The position numbers were made by a program, and so were the translations under genes. A stretch of DNA of 64,000 nt from Candidatus Latescibacterota bacterium (GTDB lineage Bacteria; Latescibacterota; UBA2968; UBA8231), in NCBI GenBank assembly GCA_965208105.1, contig OZ242318.1, positions 64,001 to 128,000 on the forward strand, given 5' to 3'. The notes beneath the pieces were generated by a model. That model saw only the letters and a program-made list of their open reading frames with translations, was not told the origin of the DNA and did not search any database. This document shows, piece after piece, positions 1 to 8,388 of the stretch; position 1 is the first letter of the stretch, and each line of letters begins with the position of its first letter.

Positions 1-2452
1 TGGACCGTAGATCCTCGGGTTCGAGGCTGTGAATATTGGTCTTGCCGACACCACGCGCCATCATCGATGCCTCTCCGGAACTGGCGGTTAAAAAATTCAG
101 TGCAGATTCGAGGTATTCCTCAATCGTGTAATCCGCCGAAAAATGCATATGGTTGCGGTCGTCAATTCTACCTCCCATGGCCAGGGCGACAGAGACGCTC
201 ATGATCACTGACTGGCAGCCCAATGCAATGGCCTTTGCGGCATCTGTTCCAGACCGTATCCCCCCGAAGTAAACGACGTTGATCTGTTCCTCCATCCTGG
301 AGGTTCGCAGGGACGCGATGGCGTCGCGCAGAACCGTTAAATCGAATCCGCACGCCAGTTCCGGCCATGGTTCTTCCAGCCTTGCGCTTCCATCCAATAC
401 AATTATGTCACAGCCCTGATCGATTGCCCATGGAACTGCGTCACTAATTGTGTCGGAACTTGCCGAGACGCCGAGCAATTGGTCCTCCCTCCCCCGAACC
501 AGATCGGCCCGGGAAGTGGTCTTTCCCAGGGTATATACGAGGCCTGCGGCATCTGCGCTGGGGTCCCCTCCCGACGGGGGGATCAACTGCATCCAGGGAG
601 TCTCGGGGCCAAGTTGCCTTGCACCGAGATAGGCACAGCCGCTTCTTTTTATGGCCTCGGACAGGCCCAGTTTGATTTCTTCCGGTGCGCGGTCAAAACC
701 GGTGATGAGAAAAGGAGATTCAAGCTCAAGCGAATGCCCAATCCTGGTCTGCATCTTGCATGCCTCGCGGTACGGGTCGATGACCAGGCGCGACAAATTG
801 GCGGGCAGCAGATGGATGTCGTCAAGCATGGCGCCTCTGTCCCCGGGAAATGGATTCTGGCGATTGGCCAGGCGCTTGTTCAGCATGGGGACGTGTTTGT
901 GCGCTTGCTCGGGACGCGTTCGGGCCATTATGAATATATCTTCGCGGGTGTTGACGGAATATTCGTGCGTGCCGTTTTCCGCGTCGCACCGTAGACAACG
1001 CGCCGCTTCCTCTCTGGCCTGTGGGAGAGTGTAGGTCGTCTCGATTTCGGGAAATGCGAGGGGATCTTTGCCCAGCCCGTGAAATGGTTGGTCAACCCTG
1101 TTGAAAATTTCCCACTCAGGGTCTTGGGCTACCGGAACCCGCCTGGTGCGATAGGGCGTGCTGTACGGCATCGGGTCGCTTCTACCTTCGAGAAAGGCCT
1201 TGATGTAGTAGGCAGCCCGGTGCCCAAGGTACATGGCATTGACGATGGTCGAAGGTCCGAAGGCTCCGTCTCCGGTGGCAAATACCATGCGGTCCTCAGT
1301 GGCCGTCGTCTCATGGTCTGCACGGATGCGCTCGTTCGCCATGAAGCCCATCTCTTCGAGTTCTTCGTTTTCGGCCTTCTGACCGACCGCGGCAATTACG
1401 AGGCCGCATTCGATGTCGTGTTCGGAACCTTCCACCATAAGGGGTTTTCTTCTACCATCCGCTTCGGGATCACCCATCACCGTCTTCAAGCAGCGGATGG
1501 CGGGAGGAGCATCGCGCCCTGGTATCCCCACCGGTTGAGTATTGTAGATGAACTCCACCTTTTCTTTGACGGCTCCTTCAAGTTCGTCCCGGCGGGCGGG
1601 AATTTCCATGGGGCTGCGACGATAGAGCACTTTTACGTGCCGGCATCCTGGAAGGCGCAGGGCAGCGCGGCAGGCGTCCATTGCCACATCCCCGCCTCCC
1701 ACGACGACCACGGTTTCTGGCATCCGTGGGCGTTCGCCGCTGTTTATTCGCCGCAGAAAGGATACCCCGTCGACTACGCGAGGGCCGCATTCTCCAGGTA
1801 TGCCCATTTTCTTCCCCCACCATGCACCGATTGCAAGGAGGACCGCGTCGTGTTTCGATTTCAATTCTTCCAGGGAGATGTTCTTCCCGAGAGCGTGGTT
1901 GAAATGGACCACTATGCCGGGACAGTGATTCAGTATCCGGTTGATGTCCTCGTCGATGATTCTGGGCGGAAGGCGAAATGCGGGTATCCCCCAGACCATC
2001 ATTCCGCCCAGTCGGTCGGACATTTCGTAGACGTGGACCTCGTACCCGGCCTCGGCAATATCCTGCGCGGCCGTCAGCCCGGCGGGACCGCCTCCGACAA
2101 TGGCCACTGTCTCGTCACGGGTGACTTTAACCGGGGGTAGGTGGAAGTCGGGTCCCAGCTTGTCCATGACGAAGCGCTTCAGGTTGCGAATGGCTATCGG
2201 TCCGTCGCTGTCGGCTCTGCGGCACGCAGGTTCGCAGGGAGCGTCGCAGACGCGTCCGCAAATCGAGCTGAAGGGGTTGGTGGCCGAGATGGCTTCCAGG
2301 GCTCCGACAAAGTTTTCTTCCCAGATATAACCTATGTAGGAAGGTGCATCGGTCCCTATGGGGCACGCTACCTGGCAAGGCGCGGGCACAAAGTGCAGAT
2401 CGGAAGTATCGTCCAGTAGTTCGATGGGAACGAAAGAGGCGGGGGCGCTCAT
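1..2452 (-). CDS. GltD/SudA-like FAD/NAD(P)H Fe-S oxidoreductase fused to a degenerate FMN-binding glutamate-synthase (GlxD/GltB2-like) domain; 3' end runs off the window
   Basis: Translated by hand from the ATG at 2452: ...APCQVACPIG...SICGRVCDAPCEPACRR...VAIVGGGPAGL... Later in the same frame: EEAARCLRC, LDDIHLLPANLSRLVIDPYREAC, GGIRSGTDAAKAIALG, ARGVGKTNIHSLEPEDLR. The ORF track lists no closed ORF in this frame, consistent with no in-frame stop inside the window. Confidence 0.88.
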   Translation of the reverse strand, partial: MSAPASFVPIELLDDTSDLHFVPAPCQVACPIGTDAPSYIGYIWEENFVGALEAISATNPFSSICGRVCDAPCEPACRRADSDGPIAIRNLKRFVMDKLGPDFHLPPVKVTRDETVAIVGGGPAGLTAAQDIAEAGYEVHVYEMSDRLGGMMVWGIPAFRLPPRIIDEDINRILNHCPGIVVHFNHALGKNISLEELKSKHDAVLLAIGAWWGKKMGIPGECGPRVVDGVSFLRRINSGERPRMPETVVVVGGGDVAMDACRAALRLPGCRHVKVLYRRSPMEIPARRDELEGAVKEKVEFIYNTQPVGIPGRDAPPAIRCLKTVMGDPEADGRRKPLMVEGSEHDIECGLVIAAVGQKAENEELEEMGFMANERIRADHETTATEDRMVFATGDGAFGPSTIVNAMYLGHRAAYYIKAFLEGRSDPMPYSTPYRTRRVPVAQDPEWEIFNRVDQPFHGLGKDPLAFPEIETTYTLPQAREEAARCLRCDAENGTHEYSVNTREDIFIMARTRPEQAHKHVPMLNKRLANRQNPFPGDRGAMLDDIHLLPANLSRLVIDPYREACKMQTRIGHSLELESPFLITGFDRAPEEIKLGLSEAIKRSGCAYLGARQLGPETPWMQLIPPSGGDPSADAAGLVYTLGKTTSRADLVRGREDQLLGVSASSDTISDAVPWAIDQGCDIIVLDGSARLEEPWPELACGFDLTVLRDAIASLRTSRMEEQINVVYFGGIRSGTDAAKAIALGCQSVIMSVSVALAMGGRIDDRNHMHFSADYTIEEYLESALNFLTASSGEASMMARGVGKTNIHSLEPEDLRS

Positions 2453-2459
2453 CTTCTCG

Positions 2460-4439
2460 CTAATCGAATCTCTCCGCCAGGAGCGGTTTCAACTCTGTGA
2501 AGGGCTTTGGCTTCCTTCCAAACTCCGGGGAGAAGGGCAGCCGGGTAATTCTTGCTGCCTCTGGGGTAAGAGCCACCAGGTCACGCCGAGAAAGCTGGCG
2601 AAAATCGGCATATCCCAGGCCCTTGACAACGGCGGCCAACTGCCAACGGATATTTTCGAGAAAGTGGTGGATATTTCGGGCTTCGACCGGGATATTGTAG
2701 CGCTTCTCGTGTTGCGGGTCCTGGGTGGCAATTCCCACGACACATGTTCCCACGTGGCACTGCATGCAGGAGATGCATCCTCCGGCGATTATGGCCGCTG
2801 TGCCAACAGCGGTGGCATCCGCCCCCAGGGCCAGTGCCTTGGCAACATCGATGCCGTCCTTGATGCCGCCCATCAGGACGATGGGGAGCTCTCCTGGCCG
2901 CTCGATTTCGGCGAGAGCGTCGACTGCTTCCTGGATTGCGGCCAGGGTCGGTATGCCTACGTATTCCAGGACTTCCGAGCTGGAGGCGCCTGTGGATCCC
3001 TGAGATCCGTCGAGTTCTACGAAGTCGGCGCCTGACTTGAGTGCGATCTTGATGTCGTCGCGCACGCGGCCAGCTCCCATTTTGAGGCTTACGGGCAATT
3101 TATATTCGGTTGCTTCCCTGAATTCTTCAATTTTGATGACCAGGTCGTCCGCCCCGAGGATGTCCGGATGGCGGGACGGGGACCTCAAGTCGATCCCCTG
3201 TGGAATGCCTCGAATGGCCGCCAGCTCCCTGGTGACTTTTTTGGCCATGAGCTGACCCCCGAAACCTGGTTTGGCTCCCTGAGATATATAGATTTCCAGG
3301 GCATTGGCGCGCCGCATGTCATGGATATTCCAGCCCAGCCTTCCGCCGAGGCATTGCATGATGATCTGGTCGGCCTCCCGCCTTTGCTCGTCGGTCAACC
3401 CCCCTTCTCCCGTATTTTCCGACGTGCCGGAAAGCCGCGAGGCAATGGCAAGTGCCACCTTCGTGGACTTGCTCAAGGCGCCATAGCTCATGGGAGCAAT
3501 CATCACCGGCATACTCAGCGACAGGGGGATCGCTCCGTTTTTTTCTCCAATTTGGGTCCTGAGATTGACTTTTTCCAGCAAGTCCGGATCGGTGCCGGCC
3601 TGCGACAGGTCGTGCTTGAAGGCGAGGTCCGAAAAGTGCGGCAGTGGCCGCGATGCGCCGTAGCCGCGGATGCGGTATCGACCGATCTGGGACTTGATGA
3701 ATATGTCCTCTTGAACCTTTCTGTTCCAGTAGTCGGCTTTGCCTGAGAAGGTAAAAAACGGGATCGGCCGGGTGCGTGCTTCGTCTCCCTTATAGCGCAG
3801 TTTTTTGCCGGCGTTCACCACCTTCTTGAATGAACCGGTGAAGGGAATTTCCTGCTCATCCAGAAATTCCAACACCGCGCTGCACTCATCCTCGGAGATT
3901 TCCGCCTGTTTTGCATCCGTGCCCAGCGACTGTATCTTGCCGCCGACGTAAATTTCCCCCCCGTGCATGTCCTCGCCGATCTTCTCTCCCGAATCCCCGA
4001 GGATGATCACTCGTCCTCCATACATCATGTATCCCGCCATGAAGCTGGCGTGGCCGGCGCAGCAGAGAGTTCCGGCCTTCATCACCTGCCCGGCGCGCGA
4101 TCCGAGGTTCCCCTTGACCACAACTGTTGCGCCGCGGATCGCAACGGCGGCAATGGTGCTGGCATTGCCATTGACGACCACCGTGCCTTCATAGACGTTG
4201 TCGGCCAGTCCCCATCCCGCGTTGCCGTCTACTTCAAATCTGGCCTTGTCTGATAGACCTGCACAGAAATAACCGGCGGATCCGCGGATGCGCACGGTAA
4301 TTGGAGAGAGAAGGCCGACGCCGATGTGGTGGCGCGCATCGGGGTTGAGCACTTCGACGTCGTGGCCCAGCGATCCAAGCTCTCTGATCTTCTGGTTGGC
4401 GTCTCTGACGCTCAACTCGGTCAGATCTACTTGGACCAT
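2460..4439 (-). CDS. GXGXG-domain (GlxC/GltB3) + FMN-binding glutamate synthase (GlxD/GltB2) fusion, N-methylglutamate synthase MgsB+MgsC-like
   Basis: N-terminal GXGXG beta-helix repeats (GNAGWG, GNLGSRAG, GDSGEKIG). C-terminal APMSYGALS, SQGAKPGFGG, GGIKDGIDVAKALALGA and the Cys cluster CISCMQCHVGTC. Confidence 0.9.
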   Translation of the reverse strand: MVQVDLTELSVRDANQKIRELGSLGHDVEVLNPDARHHIGVGLLSPITVRIRGSAGYFCAGLSDKARFEVDGNAGWGLADNVYEGTVVVNGNASTIAAVAIRGATVVVKGNLGSRAGQVMKAGTLCCAGHASFMAGYMMYGGRVIILGDSGEKIGEDMHGGEIYVGGKIQSLGTDAKQAEISEDECSAVLEFLDEQEIPFTGSFKKVVNAGKKLRYKGDEARTRPIPFFTFSGKADYWNRKVQEDIFIKSQIGRYRIRGYGASRPLPHFSDLAFKHDLSQAGTDPDLLEKVNLRTQIGEKNGAIPLSLSMPVMIAPMSYGALSKSTKVALAIASRLSGTSENTGEGGLTDEQRREADQIIMQCLGGRLGWNIHDMRRANALEIYISQGAKPGFGGQLMAKKVTRELAAIRGIPQGIDLRSPSRHPDILGADDLVIKIEEFREATEYKLPVSLKMGAGRVRDDIKIALKSGADFVELDGSQGSTGASSSEVLEYVGIPTLAAIQEAVDALAEIERPGELPIVLMGGIKDGIDVAKALALGADATAVGTAAIIAGGCISCMQCHVGTCVVGIATQDPQHEKRYNIPVEARNIHHFLENIRWQLAAVVKGLGYADFRQLSRRDLVALTPEAARITRLPFSPEFGRKPKPFTELKPLLAERFD

Positions 4440-5332
4440 GTAAAGTAGGTTCCTGGCAGAGGCTCGGTGGTGGCGATCATCTCGCCGGGGAACAATCTGT
4501 TCAGCGAGACCTCTTCTGATGCGATAGCGACTAGTTGGTCCGTCTCGTACATCACCATGGGTTTTGCAGCAAGCTGGTCCTTTGCAAAGCCCAGTTCGTT
4601 CCCGGTTGAAACCAGAAAGGAAAAGGTCCCATCGAGTTCCTCGATGCTGGCGGACAGCACTTCCTCCAGAGGCATCCCGCGCGACAATTGCTCGGCCAAA
4701 AATACCGCGATGAGTTCGCTGTCATTGTCGGTTCTGAATTCGAACTCCTTGCTTTCGAGGGCTCGCCTCATTTTCCAGTAGTTGGTTATTTGCCCATTGT
4801 GGACAATGGCGATATCGGCAAAGCCGGTAGCCCAGAAGGGATGGGCGGCCTCGGGTTCGACGTTGGATTCGGTGGCGAGCCTCACGTGGCCGATGCCGTG
4901 GGTTCCGAAGGAGTTCTGCACGTGATAGCGCCTGTCCACCGCGTGTGCGTCGCCGACGTCCTTGATTATTTCCAGACTCGAGCCAATGGAGATGACTTTT
5001 GCAGCTCGTTCCAGAGCATAGGAAAACCTTTGCATGTCGCCAGTAAAGATCACGGTTACCCGGTAATTACTCTCGATGATCTCGTCCCGGACAATGGTGG
5101 CATTGTATTCCCTGAGGACGTTCTGTATGCAGCCGACGGCATCGAGATCCCCATGGCCTTCTCCAATGAGAAACCGGAGTATGTACTGATCGGTTGCAGG
5201 CTCGCCATAGATTGCAAACCCGGTGGAATCCCTGCCCCGATGCTGGCACCCGTAGAGCATCTGAACAAGGGCTTTGCCGACGTCGTGCTTGTCTCTAGCG
5301 CCTTTGTAGAAGATTCCGGCAATGCCACACAT
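4427..5332 (-). CDS. Class II glutamine amidotransferase, GlxB/MgsA/GltB1-like
   Basis: N-terminal nucleophile MCGIAG, QHRG, GHVRLATES, HNGQITN, TDNDSE. Overlaps the downstream GlxCD gene. Confidence 0.9.
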   Translation of the reverse strand: MCGIAGIFYKGARDKHDVGKALVQMLYGCQHRGRDSTGFAIYGEPATDQYILRFLIGEGHGDLDAVGCIQNVLREYNATIVRDEIIESNYRVTVIFTGDMQRFSYALERAAKVISIGSSLEIIKDVGDAHAVDRRYHVQNSFGTHGIGHVRLATESNVEPEAAHPFWATGFADIAIVHNGQITNYWKMRRALESKEFEFRTDNDSELIAVFLAEQLSRGMPLEEVLSASIEELDGTFSFLVSTGNELGFAKDQLAAKPMVMYETDQLVAIASEEVSLNRLFPGEMIATTEPLPGTYFTWSK

Positions 5333-5434
5333 GGTGAATTTTTCAGGAAAGAAAGGTGAGCAATGATTGGGATTTGGAGACTGCCGTTGGTGGCTGAACA
5401 GGCTCCCATCCCCTAACTGTGCATTTCCGGATTT

Positions 5435-5462
5435 AATGTAACAAGGAAACCTCTTCGGGCAA
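5435..5462 (-). promoter_or_regulatory. Possible sigma70 promoter for the glxB operon
   Basis: Minus strand TTGCCC-16 bp-TACATT with an extended -10 TG, about 100 bp upstream of the ATG. Confidence 0.35.
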
Positions 5463-5612
5463 GTCCGTTGCGGTCGAATGGCCCGCTGTCCCTTTCGGAA
5501 GACAGCCGGGTTGTGCGGGGCCGACCGGTCCGCGCCCGGCGCTTTTCAAGGGGGGTTGGACCGGGATATCCCTGGAGGCGGGGAGAGAATTTTCAGGAGA
5601 TCGGTTGGCCTT

Positions 5613-5774
5613 GTGTCCCGTCGCAGAAATATGTTGCCATTATTCCGCCGATCCATCCCGGCTCACGGCGTTGCCTTCATTCGCCGTACACCACTGGTAC
5701 GACTCGCTCAGGCGCCTTGTGAGCCGGGCGCCTCGGCGGCCCAATTTCGTCAACCTATCTCTGCGACGGGACAC
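5613..5774 (+). mobile_element. 162-bp palindromic MITE-like repeat, copy 1
   Basis: Terminal inverted repeats GTGTCCCGTCGCAGA/TCTGCGACGGGACAC. Near-identical copies at 50109-50270 and 62546-62707. Confidence 0.85.
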
Positions 5775-5796
5775 TGATTATGGTTGGATGTCGGAT

Positions 5797-5872
5797 TGGT
5801 GGAGCAGAGCGGGATCGAACCGCCGACCTCAGGCTTGCAAAGCCCGCGCTCTCCCATCTGAGCTACTGCCCC
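5797..5872 (-). tRNA. tRNA-Ala(TGC)
   Basis: GGGGCAGTAGCTCAGATGGGAGAGCG...TTTGCAA...GGTTCGATCCCGCTCTGCTCCACCA; 76 nt, encoded CCA. Confidence 0.97.
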
Positions 5873-6153
5873 ACCTCATTTCACCGGTGGATTTCCGAAT
5901 GTGCCATCCGTACTGGGCGGAAAGGAATTCAAGGATTGGACTTGCCCGCGGCTGGGTGCCGGGGCGGAATTTGTAACCTTCTGAGCAACCTTCTTATGGA
6001 GGCTTCCAATGAGGTAAAAAATAGTTATAATTCAGGACCGAGTCAATTTACTTTGGGGCATGGACACCTGGTTGAGTGGTGTCGGAGTACGCCTGTGGCG
6101 ACCTGCGAAGGAATGAAGGCCGCACTTCCGGACCATGGCGCCGGAAGCGGGAA

Positions 6154-6552
6154 TCAGGCGATTTCCAGATCCTCTTCGAGGGAGTCTTCCACTTCCGTTG
6201 CCGCCTGGCTCTTCTCCAGAAGCTGGAGGCTTCGGACCTGTATTTCAACCAGGGAATGATGACGGTCCTCCTCATCTCTCCAGCTGTGGCTGCGAAGACG
6301 GCCAGCTATGAATACCGCGGTTCCTTTGCGGATGCGTTCGGCGTAGTACTCGGCCATTTTTTGCCAGAGCACTATATTGAAAAAGGAACTCTCTTCCTGC
6401 CACTCGCCATTGCGTTGGCGGTAGGAGCGGTTGACAGCTAGTCGGGCGCTTAGCCTGGCAACCCCATTTTCGGTAAGCCGAAATTCGGGATCCTGGGCCA
6501 GCCGGCCACTGAGAGCGATCTGGTTGATGGTTGGCATGCGCAGTTTGGACAT
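6154..6552 (-). CDS. ssb: Single-stranded DNA-binding protein paralog with a short tail
   Basis: OB-fold motifs INQIALSGRLAQDPEFR, FFNIVLW, GRLRSHSW. Start moved to MSKLRMP at 6552. Acidic tail lacks the DDDxPF motif. Confidence 0.88.
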   Translation of the reverse strand: MSKLRMPTINQIALSGRLAQDPEFRLTENGVARLSARLAVNRSYRQRNGEWQEESSFFNIVLWQKMAEYYAERIRKGTAVFIAGRLRSHSWRDEEDRHHSLVEIQVRSLQLLEKSQAATEVEDSLEEDLEIA

Positions 6553-6749
6553 GATGGGCCTCCAAGGAAAATGGTGACGAACGAGAGTCCGGCCTTCCCC
6601 GTTCCATCCCGGGGCAGCAACCTGGTGGGCAGGAGGCAAGCAGGATCTGTGCCAATTTTTCTGGGAAGCCCCAACACCTTGGAGATAAACGAGTTGAAGG
6701 GACCTCCTCAGGTTGCGGGGAAGGAGAGTGTGAAGGAGAAAAGGCGCTT

Positions 6750-8342
6750 TTGAGTAGCCCGCGACACGCTCTGTCCAACCAGAGAGGTAATGCATCCCTG
6801 GCGCAATTCTTCACCCCCTGCGAATTGGCAAAGTTCATTTGTCAGGCCGCACGGGTCTTCGCGGGAGGGCTTGGAAATCAACCCAGGATCATCGACCCTT
6901 CCGCGGGGAAGGGTGTTTTTCTGGATGCCGCACTGGAACTGGGGATGGTGTCAGCAGACCACGCCTATGGAATCGAAATCGATCCGGAGCTGGAAGCACG
7001 GCGCTCGGAGGGGGCCCGCGGCACCATGTTCTATACAGGTGATGGATTGCTGCAGGAATTTCCCGGTGTGGATTCAGCGAGTTTTGACCTGGTGGTGGGC
7101 AATCCACCGTTCGGACGCCTGGAGGATATTCTTCCCGGGGAATACCTGTGCCAGGTCGGTGACAAGGTTGAAAAATGGAACCGTTTCTCGATTTGGCGTC
7201 TAGGTGGCAATGGCGAACGGCCTGGGTGCAATAAACGGATTTTGCACAAAACGGCCATCGATCTGCTCTTCGTCGAGCGCGCCATTCAACTCGCCAGGCC
7301 AGGAGGGGTGATTGGGTTCATCCTTCCCGAGGGCTTTTTCGCCAATACGAGGCTGCAAAAGGTTCGCGACTGGGTGCTGGAACGCGCGGCGGTGGTCGCT
7401 GTGATGGATTTGCCCGATACGGTATTCCGGCAGTGTTGCGCAACTGCAAAAACGGAGATCCTGTTTTTGCGCAAGCGGGTCAACAGTCGGAACGGGAGCG
7501 ATGAAGTCTTGCTGGTTCCCCGTTCCCGGCCGGCTGGATCCCCGGGAGATTCTTTGAAGGACAAGCTTGAAAAGGTTCTCGCGGTCCTGCGCACCCGAAA
7601 CCCGAAACAGGCGGATGGAATCTTCTTTCTTTCCGAAACCAGACTTCGCGGTGCCCGCTGGGATGTGGAGTTCTGGTCGGAAAAGACCAAGCCGGCGCGG
7701 TTGCCCGGTGGGTTCGCCTTGGACCCCCTGGGTGATTATATCGAACACCTTACCTACGGGCCGATCGTAACGGGGCGGCGGCCCCGGTACGAGGAGGTGG
7801 GGATCCGGGTCATCGGCCAGGGAGATTTTGCCGAAACGGGTCTGCATTTTGAGCGCAGCTTGTACGTCCAGGAGGGCAGTGAGTTCGATCTGATGCGCAG
7901 CCGCGTGCGCTATGGAGACCTGTTGCTGCCACGGTCCGGCGCCGGCACTTTGGGCAAGAATCGCCTTGCGGTCTATCTTGGAAGTGAGCCAGCGAATATC
8001 GGGTGCTTTGTGGATCTCGTCCGCCTGGCCGGGATCAATCCCTTCTTCGTATGGTTCTATTTCAAGTCAAGGCCGGGATGGGCGCAAATCCGCTCCATCA
8101 TCAATGGAGTTGGAACGCCGAACATCAACTTTTCGGAGATTCGCGCCCTGATGGTTCCAGTACTTCCGCTTCAGGAGCAGGAAAATCTGGAAAGGCGTTA
8201 TCTCGAGGAGGTCTGGCCGCTGCACTGCCGCCGAGCCGAGGGAGGGGAGGTGCGCGCTGAAGGTGAATGCCGCTTCAGGCGCATAACCGAGGACCTGGAA
8301 CAGTTTCTGGCAGGAGAGAAAGGAACGACGGAAAAATGTTGA
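6750..8342 (+). CDS. N6-adenine DNA methyltransferase (HsdM-like) fused to one HsdS-like target recognition domain
   Basis: QFFTP, motif I DPSAGKGVFL, motif IV GNPPF, FILPEGF. C-terminal TRD-like GDLLLPRSGAGTLG...GVGTPNINFSEIRAL. Start codon uncertain. Confidence 0.8.
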   Translation: MSSPRHALSNQRGNASLAQFFTPCELAKFICQAARVFAGGLGNQPRIIDPSAGKGVFLDAALELGMVSADHAYGIEIDPELEARRSEGARGTMFYTGDGLLQEFPGVDSASFDLVVGNPPFGRLEDILPGEYLCQVGDKVEKWNRFSIWRLGGNGERPGCNKRILHKTAIDLLFVERAIQLARPGGVIGFILPEGFFANTRLQKVRDWVLERAAVVAVMDLPDTVFRQCCATAKTEILFLRKRVNSRNGSDEVLLVPRSRPAGSPGDSLKDKLEKVLAVLRTRNPKQADGIFFLSETRLRGARWDVEFWSEKTKPARLPGGFALDPLGDYIEHLTYGPIVTGRRPRYEEVGIRVIGQGDFAETGLHFERSLYVQEGSEFDLMRSRVRYGDLLLPRSGAGTLGKNRLAVYLGSEPANIGCFVDLVRLAGINPFFVWFYFKSRPGWAQIRSIINGVGTPNINFSEIRALMVPVLPLQEQENLERRYLEEVWPLHCRRAEGGEVRAEGECRFRRITEDLEQFLAGEKGTTEKC

Positions 8343-8388
8343 TCAAGGGCCAAGTGGCCGCAAATTCCGTATAGAGGACAGGTAATTC

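Noticed and set aside
1079-2140. 353-aa plus-strand ORF and many other long antisense ORFs (e.g. 32716-34776, 44282-45769, 27411-28814)
   Set aside because: They are shadows of well-supported genes on the opposite strand in GC-rich DNA and carry no recognisable motifs.
6553-6795. N-terminal extensions in the ORF track (ssb paralog, iscS, murC, mtaB, SMUG1, EVE and others)
   Set aside because: The extensions overlap neighbouring genes or precede the family-typical N-terminus, so starts were moved to downstream codons.
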